Virus record (IMG/VR): IMGVR_UViG_3300029305_011788
Coordinates: 1-64,000 of that record
Reading direction: 5' to 3' (one strand)
Source: a virus
Lineage: Duplodnaviria; Caudoviricetes
DNA length: 64,000 bases
Shown: positions 8,282 through 18,377 of the stretch, one piece after another
Numbering within the stretch: position 1 is the stretch's first letter
Layout of the letters: the number at the start of each line of letters is the position of its first letter
Notes under the pieces: model-generated
The model's input: only the letters and a program-made list of their open reading frames with translations
Told to the model about the DNA's origin: nothing
Database searches by the model: none
Made by a program: the position numbers and the translations under genes

Positions 8282-11200
8282 TTACACATTCAGCGCATTC
8301 CGCGTCTGACGATAGATTTCCAGCCGTGACAGTGATTTCGGGCTATTATTCGTCTGATTCACTGTGCGGCTGTTGTCGTTGTTGTAGTAGTTGTTGACCA
8401 CACCGCCGCTGCCGCCGTCCAGCATTGCGCCCGAAATGCCGTCAAACTTCACATCAAAGCCCGATTGCATTGTGAGCGACATCGCATCGGCTACAGAGGA
8501 CACAGCCTTTTCCACATACTTCCTGCTTTTGTTGATACCCTGTGCAAGTCCCTTCATGAAGTCCGGCATCCAGCTCTCAAACTCGGAAAGCGGCCCTTTG
8601 TCCGGCACCGAGAAGTGCAGATAATCGCTGATTGCTCGTGCGACATCCGCAACTGTATTGATGAGACTGCCAAGCATATAGTTCAGACCGTTGATAAGAT
8701 TCTGCATGAGGTCGCGTCCCCAAGACCACGAGCTGTTGACCTTTTCCATGACCGCCTGATAAACAGAATTCATCGCACCGGATACTGCATCCCGCACACC
8801 GCCGAGCCTGTCATTGATGCCGTTTTTGATGTTATCCCAGATAGACAGCACAGCATCTTTGACCTGATTCATCGGCTGCCTAACAATATCCGGCATAGCG
8901 TTCCAGATGGTCGTAACAACGGATTTGATGCCGTTCAGGACTGTATTGACTACATCCTTTGCGGCACCCCATGTGGTAGTGATGACGGATTTGATGTCAA
9001 GCTGTCCGGTCTGGATCAGGTTTTTCAGTGCCGTCCATACTGCCGTGACGATCTTTTTAATGCCGTTCAAAGCGGATTCAATGACAGAAGATACAGCTTT
9101 CCATGTTGTGGTGATGATCTTGCGGATTTTCTCTAAAGCGGATGTGATTACAGATACAACTGCTTTCCAGCCGGAAGTAATACCGCTTTTGATCTGCGAC
9201 ATGGTTGTATCAATGGCTGCGTTGGCATTTGACCAGACGGTTTTGACCGTATCAAAGACCTGCGTCATGAAGCCCTGCACCGCAGTAACAACATTGGACA
9301 GTGCGCTCTGAATCACGCTGCTGATTTTTTCGGCAAGACCGCCGGCAAAATTATTGACCGCATCGCCGACAACACCTGCGTTTTCGTTGATACCGTCAGC
9401 CAATCCCTGCATGAAGTCGGGCATCCAGCTCTCAAAATCCGCAAGAGGTCCCTCATCAGGTACAGAGAAGTGCAGGAAGGACTTGATTTTGTTTGCAACA
9501 CCTTTGACAGCGTCTGCAACTTTATTGATACAGCCCTTGATGCCGTTCACGATTCCGTTGATGATGTCAGCACCCCACTGAAATGCCTGCGATGCAAGAT
9601 TCTTGATGAAGCTGACCGCAGCATTAAAGCCGTTTTCAATGGTTGTCTTGATTGCTGTGATCTTCTGAGATACAGCGGATTTCACGTTCTCCCAGATATT
9701 CGATACCGTCGTTTTTATGGCATTCATCACATTGGATACTGTATTTTTGATGCCGTTCCAGATGTTGCTGACCGTAGAGGAGATCGTATTCATGACGCTG
9801 CTGATAAATCCGCTGATAGCGTTCCATACAGAAGAAACGACAGCATGAATTGCATTCAGCACAGCCGAGATGTGTGCGCTGATGCTGTTCCAGATGCTGG
9901 ATACCACAGACCAGATCGCATTGAGAATACCGGAAATAAAGCCGGAGATTGCATTCCATACTGTAGAGATCACACTGCTGATTGCATCCATCACCGTGGT
10001 GATGGTCGTAGAAATCGCATTCCAGATCGTTTCAAAAAATGACCGGATCGCTTCGAGAACAGTTGAAACAACAGTTTTAATCGTTTCCCATGTTGTAGTG
10101 ATCTTTTCGTGAATCCAGTCCATCACACGGGAAATGATAATGTGGATCGCTTCAAAAATCGTCTCGAACAGATACCTGAATGCATCCAGCAGCGGAGAAA
10201 TGAAATCGTAGATCGTCTGCCAAACAGTAGAAATGACCGTCCAGATCGCATTCAGCACAGTGCTGATCGCTGTATGGATCGCATTCCATACGGTTGTGAT
10301 GACCGTTTTGATGAGGTTGATTTTTGTAGTTACATCATTGTAGATTGCCGTCCAGATGCCGACAAAGAAGTTCTTGATGCCTGTCCAGATCGTAGTGAAG
10401 AATGTTGCAATGCCGTTGATGACACCGGAAAAGAAGTTTTTAATACCATTCCAGATATTGACGAAAAAGTTCTTGATCGCCGTCCAGACATTTACCCAGA
10501 ACTCTTTCACTTCGTCAAGGCTTGTGCCGAAAATGTTGCACAGCACATTCATATAGTTTTTGAGCGTATCTTTCAGGAAATTCCAGACCGCTACAAAAAT
10601 GCCCTTAATGCCGTTCCAGACCTTGTCCCAGTCACCGGTGAAGATACCGATGAAAATATCCAGTACATTCAGAATGGTGTCTGTCACAAACTTGAAGATG
10701 TTAGCGATTTGCTGAAAAACGCCCTCAAAGACAGGTGCAAGGAATTTACAGAGTCCGTCCCATACAGCCTTGATGACCTCACCGATGTTTTTGAAATCAA
10801 AGCCGAGTGCATTGACTCGGTCAACGATTCCCTGACAGAAATTATTGAAAATACTCTTGATCTGTTCCCAGATCGCAGTGATCTTGTTTCGGAAGTCCTC
10901 ATTGGTACGCCACAGATGCACGAAAGCCGCCACCAAAGCGGCAATCACCGCAATGACAGCGACCACAGGCGCACTAATCCCGCCGATAGCGGCACCAAAG
11001 GAACTAAACGCCGCCTTTGCACCTGCGATGATAGTCGGAAGATTTGAGATAAACTGCATCAGCTTGCCGACTGTGACCATTGTTTTGCCGACAACCACAA
11101 GCAAAGGTCCCAGTGCCGCCGCTACAAGTGCGATTTTTACAATGGTTTCTTTGGTCGCCGGATCCATCTGATTCAGCTTATCCACAAGTGCCTGAATCTT

Positions 11201-12841
11201 ACTGACAATTGTACGAATCGCAGGCATCAGAATCTCACCGAAAGAGATAGCAAGCTCCTGTAGTTGCGATTTCAGGATGGTGAGCTGTCCGCCGAGGTTG
11301 TCCTGCATGACAGCAGCCATCTTTTCGGTCACGCCATTGTAGCCGTCGATTTCGTCTGAACAAGTGTTGATCGCACCTTCGAGCTTTTCGATGTCGCCCG
11401 GTGCAGCGTTCATAAGAGCCAAGAAGCCGGACATGGCATTTTTGCCGACCAGTGTCTGTGCGGCGTTTGCCTTTTCCGATTCCGACATCTGAGAGAATGC
11501 CACACGGCAGTCCGCAAGGATATCGTTCAGGTCACGCATCGAACCGTCAGCGTTTGTAGTTGCGATCTCGATCTCTCCGAAGCTCTCACCGCAGAATTTT
11601 ACCTCTCCGGCAAGCGCATTCATCATAGATCGAAGCGCCGTACCTGCCTGTGAACCCTTGATACCGCTGTTCGCCATGAGACCGATAGCTTCCGCCGTGT
11701 CCTCGCAGGAGAATCCCAATGCACCTGCAACAGGCGCACAATATTTGAAGGTTTCACCCATCATGGACACATTCGTGTTAGCATTCGAGCTTGCCGCCGC
11801 AAGTACATCTGCGAAATGTCCGGAGTCAGCCGCCGTCAGTCCGAAAGCGGTCAGAGCGTCAGTAACGATATCAGATGTGGTAGCCAAATCCTCACCGGAA
11901 GCGGCAGCAAGGTTCATAATACCTTCGATACCGTCAAGCATATCTCCAGTTTTCCAGCCTGCCATCGCCATATAGTTCATGGCTTCTGCGGCTTCGGATG
12001 CGGAGAATTTCGTCTTTGCACCCATCTCACGGGCTTTGTCTCTCAGGCCTTGCAGTTCATCACCGGTCGCACCGGATACAGCAGCGACCTTGCTCATGGC
12101 AGTATCGAAATCTGATGCTGTTTTCACAGCGGCAGTTCCGGCGGCGAGAATAGGCACAGTTACATGGGTTGTCAGTGTTTCACCGACATCGGCGATCTTG
12201 CCGCCGACCTTTTCAAGCGTTTCACCCGCCTGACCGATTTTCACCAGAGCCTCTTGGGATTTGCTTGCCTCCGTTTGCAGGCTCTGAAGCTCCTGCTCGG
12301 TCTCGATGATCTCACGCTGGAGTGCATCGTACTGCTCCGGGCTGATCGGATTACCGAATTCATCGGACACATCCTTTGCCTGCTGTTTCAGAGAGGTCAG
12401 TTCATCAGTCGTTTCCTTGATCTCACGCTGCAAAGAATCGTACTTCTCCTGTGAGATCTGTCCTTTAGAAAGCTGCTCATCGGCAGTTTTTGCCTGTTCC
12501 TTCAGCTCTTTCAGCTTGGTTTCGGTCTCACCGATCTTCTGTTTGATCGGATCATACTTTGCCTTCCAAGCATCGTAGTTGTCTTTGGTTTTGGCGGCTT
12601 CCTCGCTGGCTTTTTTCAGGGTATCCAGTCGTTCCTTTGTGCTTTTGACAGCATCACCGAGCAACTTCTGCTTCTGAGCAAGCAGCTCTGTATTTTTCGG
12701 ATCGAGCTTCAGCAGCTTTTCGACATCCTTGAGCTGCGTCTGCGTGTTCTTGATGTTTTTATCAACGGATTGCAGAGCCTTACTGAGTTTCGTAGTATCG
12801 CCGTTGATCTCGACTGTAATACCCTTAATTCTTCCTGCCAT
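8282..12841 (-). CDS. Tape measure protein (TP901-family core)
   Basis: 1519 aa; MAGRIKGITVEI start, FDTAMSKVAAVSGATG core, and 11-residue W/F periodic repeats. Confidence 0.95.
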   Translation of the reverse strand: MAGRIKGITVEINGDTTKLSKALQSVDKNIKNTQTQLKDVEKLLKLDPKNTELLAQKQKLLGDAVKSTKERLDTLKKASEEAAKTKDNYDAWKAKYDPIKQKIGETETKLKELKEQAKTADEQLSKGQISQEKYDSLQREIKETTDELTSLKQQAKDVSDEFGNPISPEQYDALQREIIETEQELQSLQTEASKSQEALVKIGQAGETLEKVGGKIADVGETLTTHVTVPILAAGTAAVKTASDFDTAMSKVAAVSGATGDELQGLRDKAREMGAKTKFSASEAAEAMNYMAMAGWKTGDMLDGIEGIMNLAAASGEDLATTSDIVTDALTAFGLTAADSGHFADVLAAASSNANTNVSMMGETFKYCAPVAGALGFSCEDTAEAIGLMANSGIKGSQAGTALRSMMNALAGEVKFCGESFGEIEIATTNADGSMRDLNDILADCRVAFSQMSESEKANAAQTLVGKNAMSGFLALMNAAPGDIEKLEGAINTCSDEIDGYNGVTEKMAAVMQDNLGGQLTILKSQLQELAISFGEILMPAIRTIVSKIQALVDKLNQMDPATKETIVKIALVAAALGPLLVVVGKTMVTVGKLMQFISNLPTIIAGAKAAFSSFGAAIGGISAPVVAVIAVIAALVAAFVHLWRTNEDFRNKITAIWEQIKSIFNNFCQGIVDRVNALGFDFKNIGEVIKAVWDGLCKFLAPVFEGVFQQIANIFKFVTDTILNVLDIFIGIFTGDWDKVWNGIKGIFVAVWNFLKDTLKNYMNVLCNIFGTSLDEVKEFWVNVWTAIKNFFVNIWNGIKNFFSGVINGIATFFTTIWTGIKNFFVGIWTAIYNDVTTKINLIKTVITTVWNAIHTAISTVLNAIWTVISTVWQTIYDFISPLLDAFRYLFETIFEAIHIIISRVMDWIHEKITTTWETIKTVVSTVLEAIRSFFETIWNAISTTITTVMDAISSVISTVWNAISGFISGILNAIWSVVSSIWNSISAHISAVLNAIHAVVSSVWNAISGFISSVMNTISSTVSNIWNGIKNTVSNVMNAIKTTVSNIWENVKSAVSQKITAIKTTIENGFNAAVSFIKNLASQAFQWGADIINGIVNGIKGCINKVADAVKGVANKIKSFLHFSVPDEGPLADFESWMPDFMQGLADGINENAGVVGDAVNNFAGGLAEKISSVIQSALSNVVTAVQGFMTQVFDTVKTVWSNANAAIDTTMSQIKSGITSGWKAVVSVITSALEKIRKIITTTWKAVSSVIESALNGIKKIVTAVWTALKNLIQTGQLDIKSVITTTWGAAKDVVNTVLNGIKSVVTTIWNAMPDIVRQPMNQVKDAVLSIWDNIKNGINDRLGGVRDAVSGAMNSVYQAVMEKVNSSWSWGRDLMQNLINGLNYMLGSLINTVADVARAISDYLHFSVPDKGPLSEFESWMPDFMKGLAQGINKSRKYVEKAVSSVADAMSLTMQSGFDVKFDGISGAMLDGGSGGVVNNYYNNDNSRTVNQTNNSPKSLSRLEIYRQTRNALNV

Positions 12842-12890
12842 GCGATATCACCTGCCTTTCAGGAAAAATAAAAATACCTACTGTGGTAGG

Positions 12891-12919
12891 TAGACAAGTA
12901 GGCTGGATAGGTGTATAAT
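12891..12919 (+). promoter_or_regulatory. Near-consensus sigma-A promoter pointing antisense into the membrane-protein gene
   Basis: TAGACA-17 bp-TATAAT with an extended TG. Confidence 0.5.
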
Positions 12920-12923
12920 ATGG

Positions 12924-13550
12924 CTATCTCCTGTGCAGTGTTTCGGCTATGCTTTTGTGATACAGTTCTCTCGGCTCAAAGCCGATTCCGACATAAAACA
13001 GATGCATCACAGCACCTGCACCGAAGGTAGAAATGAGTGTACCGATACCGACAGTGCCGCCGAGCAGCCAGCCAAACAATGTGACGAGTGCAAACAGCAA
13101 TATCTCAACCACACCTATTGGCATCTTCGGCAACCGCTTTCCGATGGCAATCAGCAGACCGTCTTTCGGGCCGCAGCCCTGTTCCGCCTTCATATACACA
13201 TACATTCCCAGAGCAATAAACAGAAATCCGAAAAGCATATATGCGATGCCAAGCCATACGCTGTGGTTTTCGGGATAGGGAGATATATTACACAATAGCT
13301 GTGTAAGATTTCCCGTAGTGACTGCATCAAACAGTGTTGCAAAGCCGATGCGCTCACGTAAGAGTAGCTGTAATATGACCGCCGTGAGAGATATCGCCAT
13401 CATTGTACCGCCATAATTCAGCGGCGTATGACAGGATATCCCCACAGCGAGGCAGTCCCACGGTGCCAGACCGATGTTTGCATATATCGTCAGATATACA
13501 CCGAAGGAATAAATGGTAAGTCCGAGAAGGATTTTCAGAAATTGCCGCAC
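12924..13550 (-). CDS. YczE/YyaS-like multi-pass membrane protein inserted in the tail operon
   Basis: Duplicated hydrophobic halves with IGLAPWD and GCGPKDGL motifs. The GTG start is estimated; the longer ORF-track start overlaps the chaperone. Confidence 0.7.
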   Translation of the reverse strand: MRQFLKILLGLTIYSFGVYLTIYANIGLAPWDCLAVGISCHTPLNYGGTMMAISLTAVILQLLLRERIGFATLFDAVTTGNLTQLLCNISPYPENHSVWLGIAYMLFGFLFIALGMYVYMKAEQGCGPKDGLLIAIGKRLPKMPIGVVEILLFALVTLFGWLLGGTVGIGTLISTFGAGAVMHLFYVGIGFEPRELYHKSIAETLHRR

Positions 13551-13605
13551 GATGATATCCGCACTTTTTCGGGATATTTTCCCAGAACTGCCGCGCTTTT
13601 TTGGC

Positions 13606-13800
13606 TTAGAAGGCGTCCATCTGCGCCTGAGTTGCCTTATACGGGTAATTATAGTCATCATTATCCCTTTCAATGAACATCTCATTGACCATCCCGATAG
13701 TGAGCAGATCAAGGTCGGATAAACTCAGCCCGATCTGCACACATCGGAGAAGGAACAGCGGCGTTGTCATCTCGCGGTCAACTGGGCGAGATTTTTTTTT
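13606..13800 (-). CDS. Tail assembly chaperone C-terminal extension (gpT-like, reached by -1 frameshift)
   Basis: The -1 frame after the A9 run gives KKSRPVDREMTTPLFLLRCVQIGLS...MDAF. Confidence 0.7.
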   Translation of the reverse strand, partial: KKKSRPVDREMTTPLFLLRCVQIGLSLSDLDLLTIGMVNEMFIERDNDDYNYPYKATQAQMDAF

Positions 13801-14147
13801 GACTCTGCCTGCGTCTCCAGATTCATGCCCCACAGTTCAAAAAGCTGCGGCAGCACCTCGTAGATCGAGAAGCAGTTGAACTGTTCGAGCCAGTCGTCCG
13901 GGCTGTCAGGAACATTCTCCGGATCAGCGTGCTTTGCCATCGTCCATGCGATGTTCTCGAACACCTCAAGGCTCTCGATGCCGAGACCGGAATCCTGCTC
14001 ATCGCTCTCGTCCACGGAGTCCTTCAGTGCCGCAAAATCCTTGAAGATGTCCTTGCGGAACTTTGCACGATAAAGGCGAGGCAGTGTTGCGCTCGCCTTG
14101 AAAGGAACCTCGATACCGTCAACAGTGATGATTTTCTTGATAGCCAT
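13767..14147 (-). CDS. Tail assembly chaperone (gpG-like)
   Basis: Lies between the major tail and tape measure genes; ends at a slippery A9 tract. Confidence 0.8.
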   Translation of the reverse strand: MAIKKIITVDGIEVPFKASATLPRLYRAKFRKDIFKDFAALKDSVDESDEQDSGLGIESLEVFENIAWTMAKHADPENVPDSPDDWLEQFNCFSIYEVLPQLFELWGMNLETQAESKKNLAQLTAR

Positions 14148-14165
14148 ATTCTTTCTCCTTCGTTA

Positions 14166-14813
14166 TCAGTCAGTTGTGGTTGCAGTGCCACCCTTTGTGG
14201 TACTTGCGGAACGAGTGCCGGTGCTGTTGTTTGTGGTAGCGGCGGCAGGGATATACACCGCATTATACCAGTTATCATAAGTGGTCTGGTCGGTGCTTTC
14301 GCAGGTTTTGGACTTCACCAGACCGGACGGGAGTGCCGATGCCTTGAGGGACAGCTTTTCCGTCTTGACGCTCTTGCTCTCCTCCGTGGTCTCGCCCTCG
14401 GTTGCAGGACGGGATGCCGAGCAGCAGTACAGCACATGACGGATGTGATTCTTGTCGCCGTCGAACTCAAACATCAGTGCAAACTGCGATGTTTCGGCAT
14501 CATTGCGTTCTACAAGTACGCCCTTGCTGTCGAGCTGTTCCCCGAGAATTGCAGTTGCAAAGTCGGTCGTAATGAGTGCAACTTCGAGATCACCGTCATA
14601 GCCTGCGTTGTTGTTGATGACGTAGTACACGCAGTTATCTGCGTAAAAGTTCTCGTTTTCGCCGTTGGCGTCAATGCTCAGCGAAACAGCACCGGGCAGA
14701 CGCACGGGCGTTGCAAATGTCGGCACACCGTCTTCAGACCATGCCGTGATCTTTGCCCAGTGAACCTTGTTCAGACCGAACTTGACCTTGTTTTTCTGAA
14801 GTGCCATATTCAT
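14166..14813 (-). CDS. Major tail protein (phi13 family)
   Basis: KNKVKFGLNKVH, PGAVSLS, FYADN motifs. Confidence 0.9.
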   Translation of the reverse strand: MNMALQKNKVKFGLNKVHWAKITAWSEDGVPTFATPVRLPGAVSLSIDANGENENFYADNCVYYVINNNAGYDGDLEVALITTDFATAILGEQLDSKGVLVERNDAETSQFALMFEFDGDKNHIRHVLYCCSASRPATEGETTEESKSVKTEKLSLKASALPSGLVKSKTCESTDQTTYDNWYNAVYIPAAATTNNSTGTRSASTTKGGTATTTD

Positions 14814-15127
14814 ACCTCCATGATATAGAGGACTTCATAGAGCCGTTCCGACTCAATCCATACCTCAGATTTTGTGTAATAAATGTTGTGCTGCAAGAGG
14901 ACGTCCTCCACACGCTGTTCCGTATCCGGCGATTTTTCATCCGTGTATAATTCAATGTGCAGCCGCTTGAAGCTGACATACATCAGATTATCCGCACCGA
15001 ATGTATTTTCACCGGGAGACAGAAACAGCGTGAATGGAGGATCCGGGCTTTCACCCTCTGCGAAGTGATGGTAAGCAAAGGGCAGCCCGATCTCCTGCAT
15101 CATTTCATTGATTTCCTCGTAGGTCAC
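14810..15127 (-). CDS. Tail terminator / tail completion protein
   Basis: Position; AYHHFAEGESP.PPF motif. Confidence 0.7.
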   Translation of the reverse strand: MTYEEINEMMQEIGLPFAYHHFAEGESPDPPFTLFLSPGENTFGADNLMYVSFKRLHIELYTDEKSPDTEQRVEDVLLQHNIYYTKSEVWIESERLYEVLYIMEV

Positions 15128-15139
15128 GAATATCCCTCC

Positions 15140-15508
15140 TTATGACAGTGCCTTTTCGATGAGAGATTCCAGCATCTCCTCACCATGCTGTTCCGCCGGT
15201 GCAATATGCGGGATAGCAGCTACACGACTGCCACCCCTTTTCGCATGACCGTGTTCCAGCAGATGTGCGATCTGGTAGCGGTTTTTGGAATGCACCGTCA
15301 TTTCGAGTGTATGGCTATTCTCCTTCACCTTTTTTGCCGCCCAGCTTTTCTGATACCGACCGGACTTTTTCGGAGCATTGGCGGAAATCTCGTTCTTGAC
15401 GGCGGTCGCTGTCTTTCTCACAGCCTTTTTCATCGCTGTGTCCGCAAGTTCAGCATACTCGGTCAGCCCCTTCATGACCTCCGATGCCAGATCATCAATA
15501 GATGTCAT
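15140..15508 (-). CDS. HK97 gp10-like neck/tail protein
   Basis: AHLLEHGHAKRGG..V...PHIAPA motif. Confidence 0.8.
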   Translation of the reverse strand: MTSIDDLASEVMKGLTEYAELADTAMKKAVRKTATAVKNEISANAPKKSGRYQKSWAAKKVKENSHTLEMTVHSKNRYQIAHLLEHGHAKRGGSRVAAIPHIAPAEQHGEEMLESLIEKALS

Positions 15509-15854
15509 CCTTTGCACCCGCCTTTCTGGATTCACAGATCAGTTTCATATAGTCCTGTGTCTGGAAATTCGGAACAATGCCTTTGATGTCGTAGTCCAGA
15601 CCGTCAAAACGGATTCTGTACACAGTTGACATCATCCGCTTTGTCTGAGGAGTTTGCCGGATAATGGCATCGATTTTCTGTATCGCTCTGGTCACGCCGG
15701 TGTCCGTCTCCTCTGATGCACCGTTATTGGATACAGTCACAGAAGCCCAGAGGGAGAACACCTCCTCCCACTGAGCCTTGTGATTGCCGATAGCATCCTT
15801 TTTGACATGATTTTCAAGGACAGCAATGCGCTGATTCAGTTTTCCGATCTCCAT
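15495..15854 (-). CDS. Head-closure (head-tail adaptor) protein
   Basis: IGKLNQRI...DAIGN; position after the connector. Confidence 0.8.
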   Translation of the reverse strand: MEIGKLNQRIAVLENHVKKDAIGNHKAQWEEVFSLWASVTVSNNGASEETDTGVTRAIQKIDAIIRQTPQTKRMMSTVYRIRFDGLDYDIKGIVPNFQTQDYMKLICESRKAGAKDDIY

Positions 15855-16132
15855 CAGACGATGCCCTCCCTCTGTGCGAACAGCAAAGCTCTGAGCGTTA
15901 GTGTCAGTGCATGATAATCAGCAGTATTGCGGTTTTCGTAGAGGTAAGAAACAGTGTACAGCATAGCCTGCCGGGAGGTTTCCTCATTTTCCGCGAGCTG
16001 CTTTTCATTCATACGCCCCACATCCATCACGAGCCGCTGCGCCGTATCGATCAGAGTGAGGATGAGCTTGTCATCCTCTGGGTGGTCAACACGGAGATAA
16101 TTCTTGGTTTCAGGTAGTGAGATCAGATTCAT
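15854..16132 (-). CDS. Head-tail connector (gp6-like)
   Basis: KNYLRVD..EDD.LI and LYENR motifs. Confidence 0.85.
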   Translation of the reverse strand: MNLISLPETKNYLRVDHPEDDKLILTLIDTAQRLVMDVGRMNEKQLAENEETSRQAMLYTVSYLYENRNTADYHALTLTLRALLFAQREGIV

Positions 16133-17394
16133 CAGCCGTTACCGCCAGTATTGCCGCCAGTCGTACCGCCGCTCGTGGTGTTGGACTTCGTGCCAGCCAT
16201 CTTCAGCACCTTCACGGACTCGGGAAGGATAAGACGACCGTCCACACGCTGAGTAGTGAGGAAACCGACCTGATCGGTACGGGCATACAGCTCGTTCAGA
16301 CGGCGGAAGGTACGGTTCTGTCTGTCAGCCACCCAGTAATTCTTCATGTCACCGAAGAGGAGAACACGCTCACCCTTGGCGATACCGGGCATGAAGGAAG
16401 ATGTGCGGATGGGGCGACCGAGGAGCGTGTCGGGCTTTGCGATATCAAGGGACGGCTTCCAGAGGTAGTTGTCGTTCTTGTCCTTCAGCTTCATGAGCTG
16501 AAGCAGGATGGTCTCATTGCAGACGAACTGTGCATTTCTGCGGTAGGGAGACTTGAGGCTGTAGTAGAGGTCGAACACCTCGTCAAAGGTGATCGCCGTC
16601 TGGGATGCCGCAGTAACACCAAGCTCTGCACCGCCTGTCTCATCGAGGATACCGAGAGGCTTTTTGTCGCCGTCACCGGTGAAAAACGCACGCTCCTCAG
16701 CATTGCCCATTGCAACACCGAAACGTGCAGCGATATAGCTTGCGAGGTCGAATGCGGAGTCGTGCAGAAGCTCGTTGCTGATCTTGATCATCGTACCGAG
16801 CTTGTATGCAGAGAGCGTGGTCTGACCGAATCTGGTGTCAGTCTCCGGGATCTCCTCGCCCTCGTCGATCCACTGTGCCTCCATCGTGTCGTTGGCGATA
16901 GGGATCTTGCGGGTACCGGAGTTGGTCTTGATGACCGTAGCCATCTGACGGAAGATGTTGTTCTCCTCCAGCGCCTGGATCAGTCTGCGCTCGAACTCAT
17001 CCGGCACAGTGTAGCCGCCCTCGGTGTCCTCACCGACAGAGAGTGCGTTGCGGACTGCAAGCTGGTCACCCTTGTTGCGGATCATATCCCAGAATGCGCC
17101 CTTGTACTCGTCGGTTGCGGTCGGGTTAGTGGGCGGCGTGTTCTTTGCGCCGGGAGCGTTGGTGACGGGACGGGAGGTCGGTGCGGACAGTGCGGCATCG
17201 AGGGCTGCCTGCTGTTCCAGACGCTCGATCTCTGCGCCGAGAGCCTGCACCTCGGATGCCATCTTGTTGTACTGCTCGACTGCGGATGCCTCAACGAGAC
17301 CGTTCTCACCACGGTGCTTTTCAAGAAATGCCTTAGTCTGCTCCCACAGGGTATTGCGCTTTGTGCGAAGTTCCATGATCTTGCTCATATTCAT
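16132..17394 (-). CDS. Major capsid protein, HK97 family
   Basis: N-terminal coiled-coil delta domain, GGYTVPDEFE, LLGRPI, FGD motifs. Confidence 0.95.
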   Translation of the reverse strand: MNMSKIMELRTKRNTLWEQTKAFLEKHRGENGLVEASAVEQYNKMASEVQALGAEIERLEQQAALDAALSAPTSRPVTNAPGAKNTPPTNPTATDEYKGAFWDMIRNKGDQLAVRNALSVGEDTEGGYTVPDEFERRLIQALEENNIFRQMATVIKTNSGTRKIPIANDTMEAQWIDEGEEIPETDTRFGQTTLSAYKLGTMIKISNELLHDSAFDLASYIAARFGVAMGNAEERAFFTGDGDKKPLGILDETGGAELGVTAASQTAITFDEVFDLYYSLKSPYRRNAQFVCNETILLQLMKLKDKNDNYLWKPSLDIAKPDTLLGRPIRTSSFMPGIAKGERVLLFGDMKNYWVADRQNRTFRRLNELYARTDQVGFLTTQRVDGRLILPESVKVLKMAGTKSNTTSGGTTGGNTGGNG

Positions 17395-17444
17395 TTCTCC
17401 ATTTCTCCGGATAAAATCCGGCGGTCATAAAAATAACAGCCTGC

Positions 17445-18377
17445 TTATCTCATAAAAGCAAGCTGCTGTTTCAAAATTTCATACGGCATTGCGCCGTCCT
17501 TTGTCCTGCCGTCCATGCCGATCACAGGCATATCGGGAACAGTCACAGTCAGTGCTGTATCCGTCAACCTTTTTTCGGCAGGTTTCGGTGCTTCAGTTTT
17601 GTCATCGGGAGTGTCGTCCGAGTCGGCGGTTTCTGCGCCTGCGGTGATCTTTCCCAAGATGGTCTGCCCCATGATACGGGTACTGTACTGCCAAAGGGCA
17701 TCGCCGGAGTCCAGCTTGAACGGCTTCTTTTCGGTTTCCTTCTTTTCATCCCCGTCCTCGTCACCGCCTTCCTCGTCGGGCTTTTCGGGATCGTCCGGAT
17801 TCTCAGGCTCATCCTCCTTCTTGTCCGGCGCAGGCTTTTCGTCAAAGAGGATCACATCGGCAAAGCCAAGCTCCACAGCCTTTTTCGCATTGATCCAAGT
17901 TTCATCGGACATGAGCTTGCTGATGCGGTTGTGAGAAAGCCCGGTTTTCGCCATATATGCGTTGATAATGCTCTCCTTGACCTCGTTGAGCGTTGCGATG
18001 GCTTTCTCCATATCACGCGCATTACCCATTGCAATTGTGCTGGGATCATGCACCATCAGCAAAGCCGTCGGGGACATCTCCACGGTGTTGCCGGCCATTG
18101 CGATCACGCTTGCCGCCGATGCTGCGATGCTTGCGATTTTTACAGTCACCTTGTGCGGATAATCACGAATCATCGTGTAAATCTCGGCAGCGGCGAACAC
18201 ATTCCCGCCTGGACTATTCAGCCAAAGTGTAATGTCGCCTTCCTCGGCATACAGCTCATCACGGAACGACTGAGGCGTGATCTCATCCCCCCAGAAGCTC
18301 TCCGAGTCGATAGGTCCTTCGAGCCGGAGGACTCTGCCGCCGCTGTCATCGTGAATCCAGTTCCAGAACTTTTCCAT
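17445..18377 (-). CDS. Prohead protease, ClpP (S14) type
   Basis: LNSPGGNVF, AASAAS, MVHDP, ETW..A..AVELGFAD; acidic low-complexity tail. Confidence 0.9.
   Translation of the reverse strand: MEKFWNWIHDDSGGRVLRLEGPIDSESFWGDEITPQSFRDELYAEEGDITLWLNSPGGNVFAAAEIYTMIRDYPHKVTVKIASIAASAASVIAMAGNTVEMSPTALLMVHDPSTIAMGNARDMEKAIATLNEVKESIINAYMAKTGLSHNRISKLMSDETWINAKKAVELGFADVILFDEKPAPDKKEDEPENPDDPEKPDEEGGDEDGDEKKETEKKPFKLDSGDALWQYSTRIMGQTILGKITAGAETADSDDTPDDKTEAPKPAEKRLTDTALTVTVPDMPVIGMDGRTKDGAMPYEILKQQLAFMR

Noticed and set aside
12933-13298. Sense ORF for the promoter at 12891
   Set aside because: No RBS; it fully overlaps the membrane-protein gene on the opposite strand and looks non-biological.
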